From positions 320,001-384,000 of the forward strand of contig CAVRZA010000004.1 of assembly GCA_963725665.1 (NCBI GenBank): DNA of 64,000 nucleotides. The letters run 5' to 3'. This stretch comes from an uncultured Actinomycetes bacterium (GTDB lineage: Bacteria > Actinomycetota > Thermoleophilia > UBA2241). The translations under genes were made by a program, and so were the position numbers. A model generated the notes under the pieces. The model saw only the letters and a list, made by a program, of their open reading frames with translations. It was not told the origin of the DNA and ran no database searches. Positions within the stretch are counted from its first letter, which is position 1. Every line of letters begins with the position of its first letter. Below, piece by piece: positions 62,382-64,000 of the stretch.

Positions 62382-63365
62382 GTGAAGCTGCACGAGATCT
62401 ACGACACCGCCATCAAGATGGGCATCGACGCCGATCCGCGGGGCCGCAAGGGGGTCGGAGAGTTCCTCGAGGTCACCAAGCGGCGTTACGAACAGCTCCC
62501 CGACTATCAGAAGGCCGTCTTTGACGAAGAGGAGCTGACCAATCCCTACGTCGACACGCGCATCTACGTCGGCGACCCCGACCTTGAGGTGTCGAGGCTC
62601 ATCGGCGGCATCGACATGAACGTGGGCGAGGTGCTCCTCACCGACAGGCTGCGCGAGAAGGGCGAGAGGATCGACGCCATGTACACGCATCACCCCGAGG
62701 GCATGGCGCTGGCCAAGCTCGACAAGGTGATGGAGATGCAGGCCGACATCTGGCAGAGCTTCGGCGTGCCCATCAACGTGGGCGAGTCCGTGCTCGACGT
62801 CCGCCGCACCGAGGTCAGGCGCCGCTTCATGCCTATGAACACCGATCAGGCCATCGACGCGGCCCGTCTGCTCGGCGTCCCCTTCTTCAGCGCCCACACG
62901 CCGACCGACAACCTCGTGACACAGTTCCTCGCGCGCTACTTCGAGGAACGCTCCCCGATCATCATCGACGACGTCTACCGGCTCCTCTACGAGATCCCGG
63001 AGTACCGTATCGCCGCCGAACGCGGCGCCGGTCCCTACATCAAGGAGACCATCGCCGACAAGCGGGCGGGCAGGATCTTCGTCGACATGACGGGCGGCAC
63101 CGAGGGTCCCGTCCCGGTGATGGAGAAGCTGGCCGACAACGGCGTGGGCACCATCGTCGGCATGCACATGAGCCCCGACCTGCGCAAGGCGGCCGAAGAG
63201 AACCACATCCATGTCGTCATCGCGGGGCACATCTCGAGCGACTCGCTCGGCATCAACGTGCTCATGGACGCCCTCGAGCGCAAGGGCGTAGACATCATCC
63301 CCGTGTCGGGCTACCTGCGCGTGCACCGCGACGAGCAGGGCAAGGTGGTCAAGGAGGGCGCCTGA
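62382..63365 (+). CDS. NIF3-like (NGG1p interacting factor) protein
   Basis: GID, HHPEG, HTPTDN, MTGGTEG, AGHISSDSLG. Confidence 0.85.
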   Translation: MKLHEIYDTAIKMGIDADPRGRKGVGEFLEVTKRRYEQLPDYQKAVFDEEELTNPYVDTRIYVGDPDLEVSRLIGGIDMNVGEVLLTDRLREKGERIDAMYTHHPEGMALAKLDKVMEMQADIWQSFGVPINVGESVLDVRRTEVRRRFMPMNTDQAIDAARLLGVPFFSAHTPTDNLVTQFLARYFEERSPIIIDDVYRLLYEIPEYRIAAERGAGPYIKETIADKRAGRIFVDMTGGTEGPVPVMEKLADNGVGTIVGMHMSPDLRKAAEENHIHVVIAGHISSDSLGINVLMDALERKGVDIIPVSGYLRVHRDEQGKVVKEGA

Positions 63366-63409
63366 CGACCGGCGCCCGCCGGCTGGACTGGCCGGGAAGG
63401 GACCGAGCG

Positions 63410-64000
63410 GTGAGCGAGAAAGCTGAACTTCTCGCGCCGGCCGGCGACGGTGCGGCCTTGCAGGCCGCGCTCTCGGCCGGCGCCGACGCTGTCTACCTGG
63501 GCCTCGAGCGTTGGAGTGCGCGCGCCTTCGCGCCCAACTTCGGCGCCGGAGCGCTGCTCGAGGCCGTCGACCGCGTGCATCTCTTCGGCGCTCGTCTCCA
63601 CCTCGCCCTCAACACGCTGCTCAAGGACGACGAGATCGAGCCCGCGCTCGCGGCGCTGGCCGCTCCGTACGGGGCCGGCCTCGACGCGCTCATCGTGGCC
63701 GACCTTGGCTTCGCGGGCCAGGTGCGCGTGCGCTACCCCGACCTCGCGCTGCACGCGAGCACGCAGCTCAACACCCACTCGAGCTCCCAGCTCGCCCTGC
63801 TGGCCGACCTTGGCTTCGAGCGGGCCATCCTCGCCCGCGAGCTGGCCCTCGACGAGATCGCCGCGCTCGACCCACACGGCCTCGACCTCGAGGTGTTTGC
63901 GCACGGCGCCCTCTGTTACGGCTACTCGGGCCTGTGTCTCTTCTCAAGCATGGTCGGCGGGCGCAGCGGCAACCGCGGGCGCTGCAGCCAGGCCTGCCGC
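63410..64000 (+). CDS. U32 family peptidase-like RNA hydroxylation protein, runs off window
   Basis: ELLAPAG..GADAVYLG, HASTQ, LAREL, HGALCYGYSGLC..RSGNRGRCSQACR. Confidence 0.92.
   Translation, partial: MSEKAELLAPAGDGAALQAALSAGADAVYLGLERWSARAFAPNFGAGALLEAVDRVHLFGARLHLALNTLLKDDEIEPALAALAAPYGAGLDALIVADLGFAGQVRVRYPDLALHASTQLNTHSSSQLALLADLGFERAILARELALDEIAALDPHGLDLEVFAHGALCYGYSGLCLFSSMVGGRSGNRGRCSQACR

Overview
High-GC bacterial chromosomal window. Gene content and order suggest Actinomycetota, probably Thermoleophilia-like (inference). Core blocks are pgi/pmi-ahcY-mtnA-NDP-sugar pyrophosphorylase-comF-hpf-secA-prfB (programmed +1 frameshift), thrB, tRNA-Val(GAC), then thrS ... infC-rpmI-rplT-trmH-pheST-argB-like-argR-argG-argH-mpg-NIF3-U32. 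Two accessory blocks interrupt them (about 12.7-43.7 kb and 45.8-51 kb). The strongest hidden signal is at 18.3-23.5 kb: an integron-type cassette array with no integrase in the window (three intact attC-like sites, one interrupted, one possible attI) next to two IS110-family elements. One IS110 is complete, and its downstream bridge-RNA guide loops match its own reconstructed target and donor junction. The other is truncated, sits inside an attC, and has upstream guide-like segments resembling the attC left arm. Also notable: a heliorhodopsin lacking both conserved histidines, a 7-heme secreted cytochrome, a His-less ATPase-less pseudo-histidine-kinase, degenerate ArgB and PNP paralogues, four TA-type modules and a nuclease-DUF2075 helicase. 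Many frameshifts, including three in essential thrS, are most likely sequencing indels.
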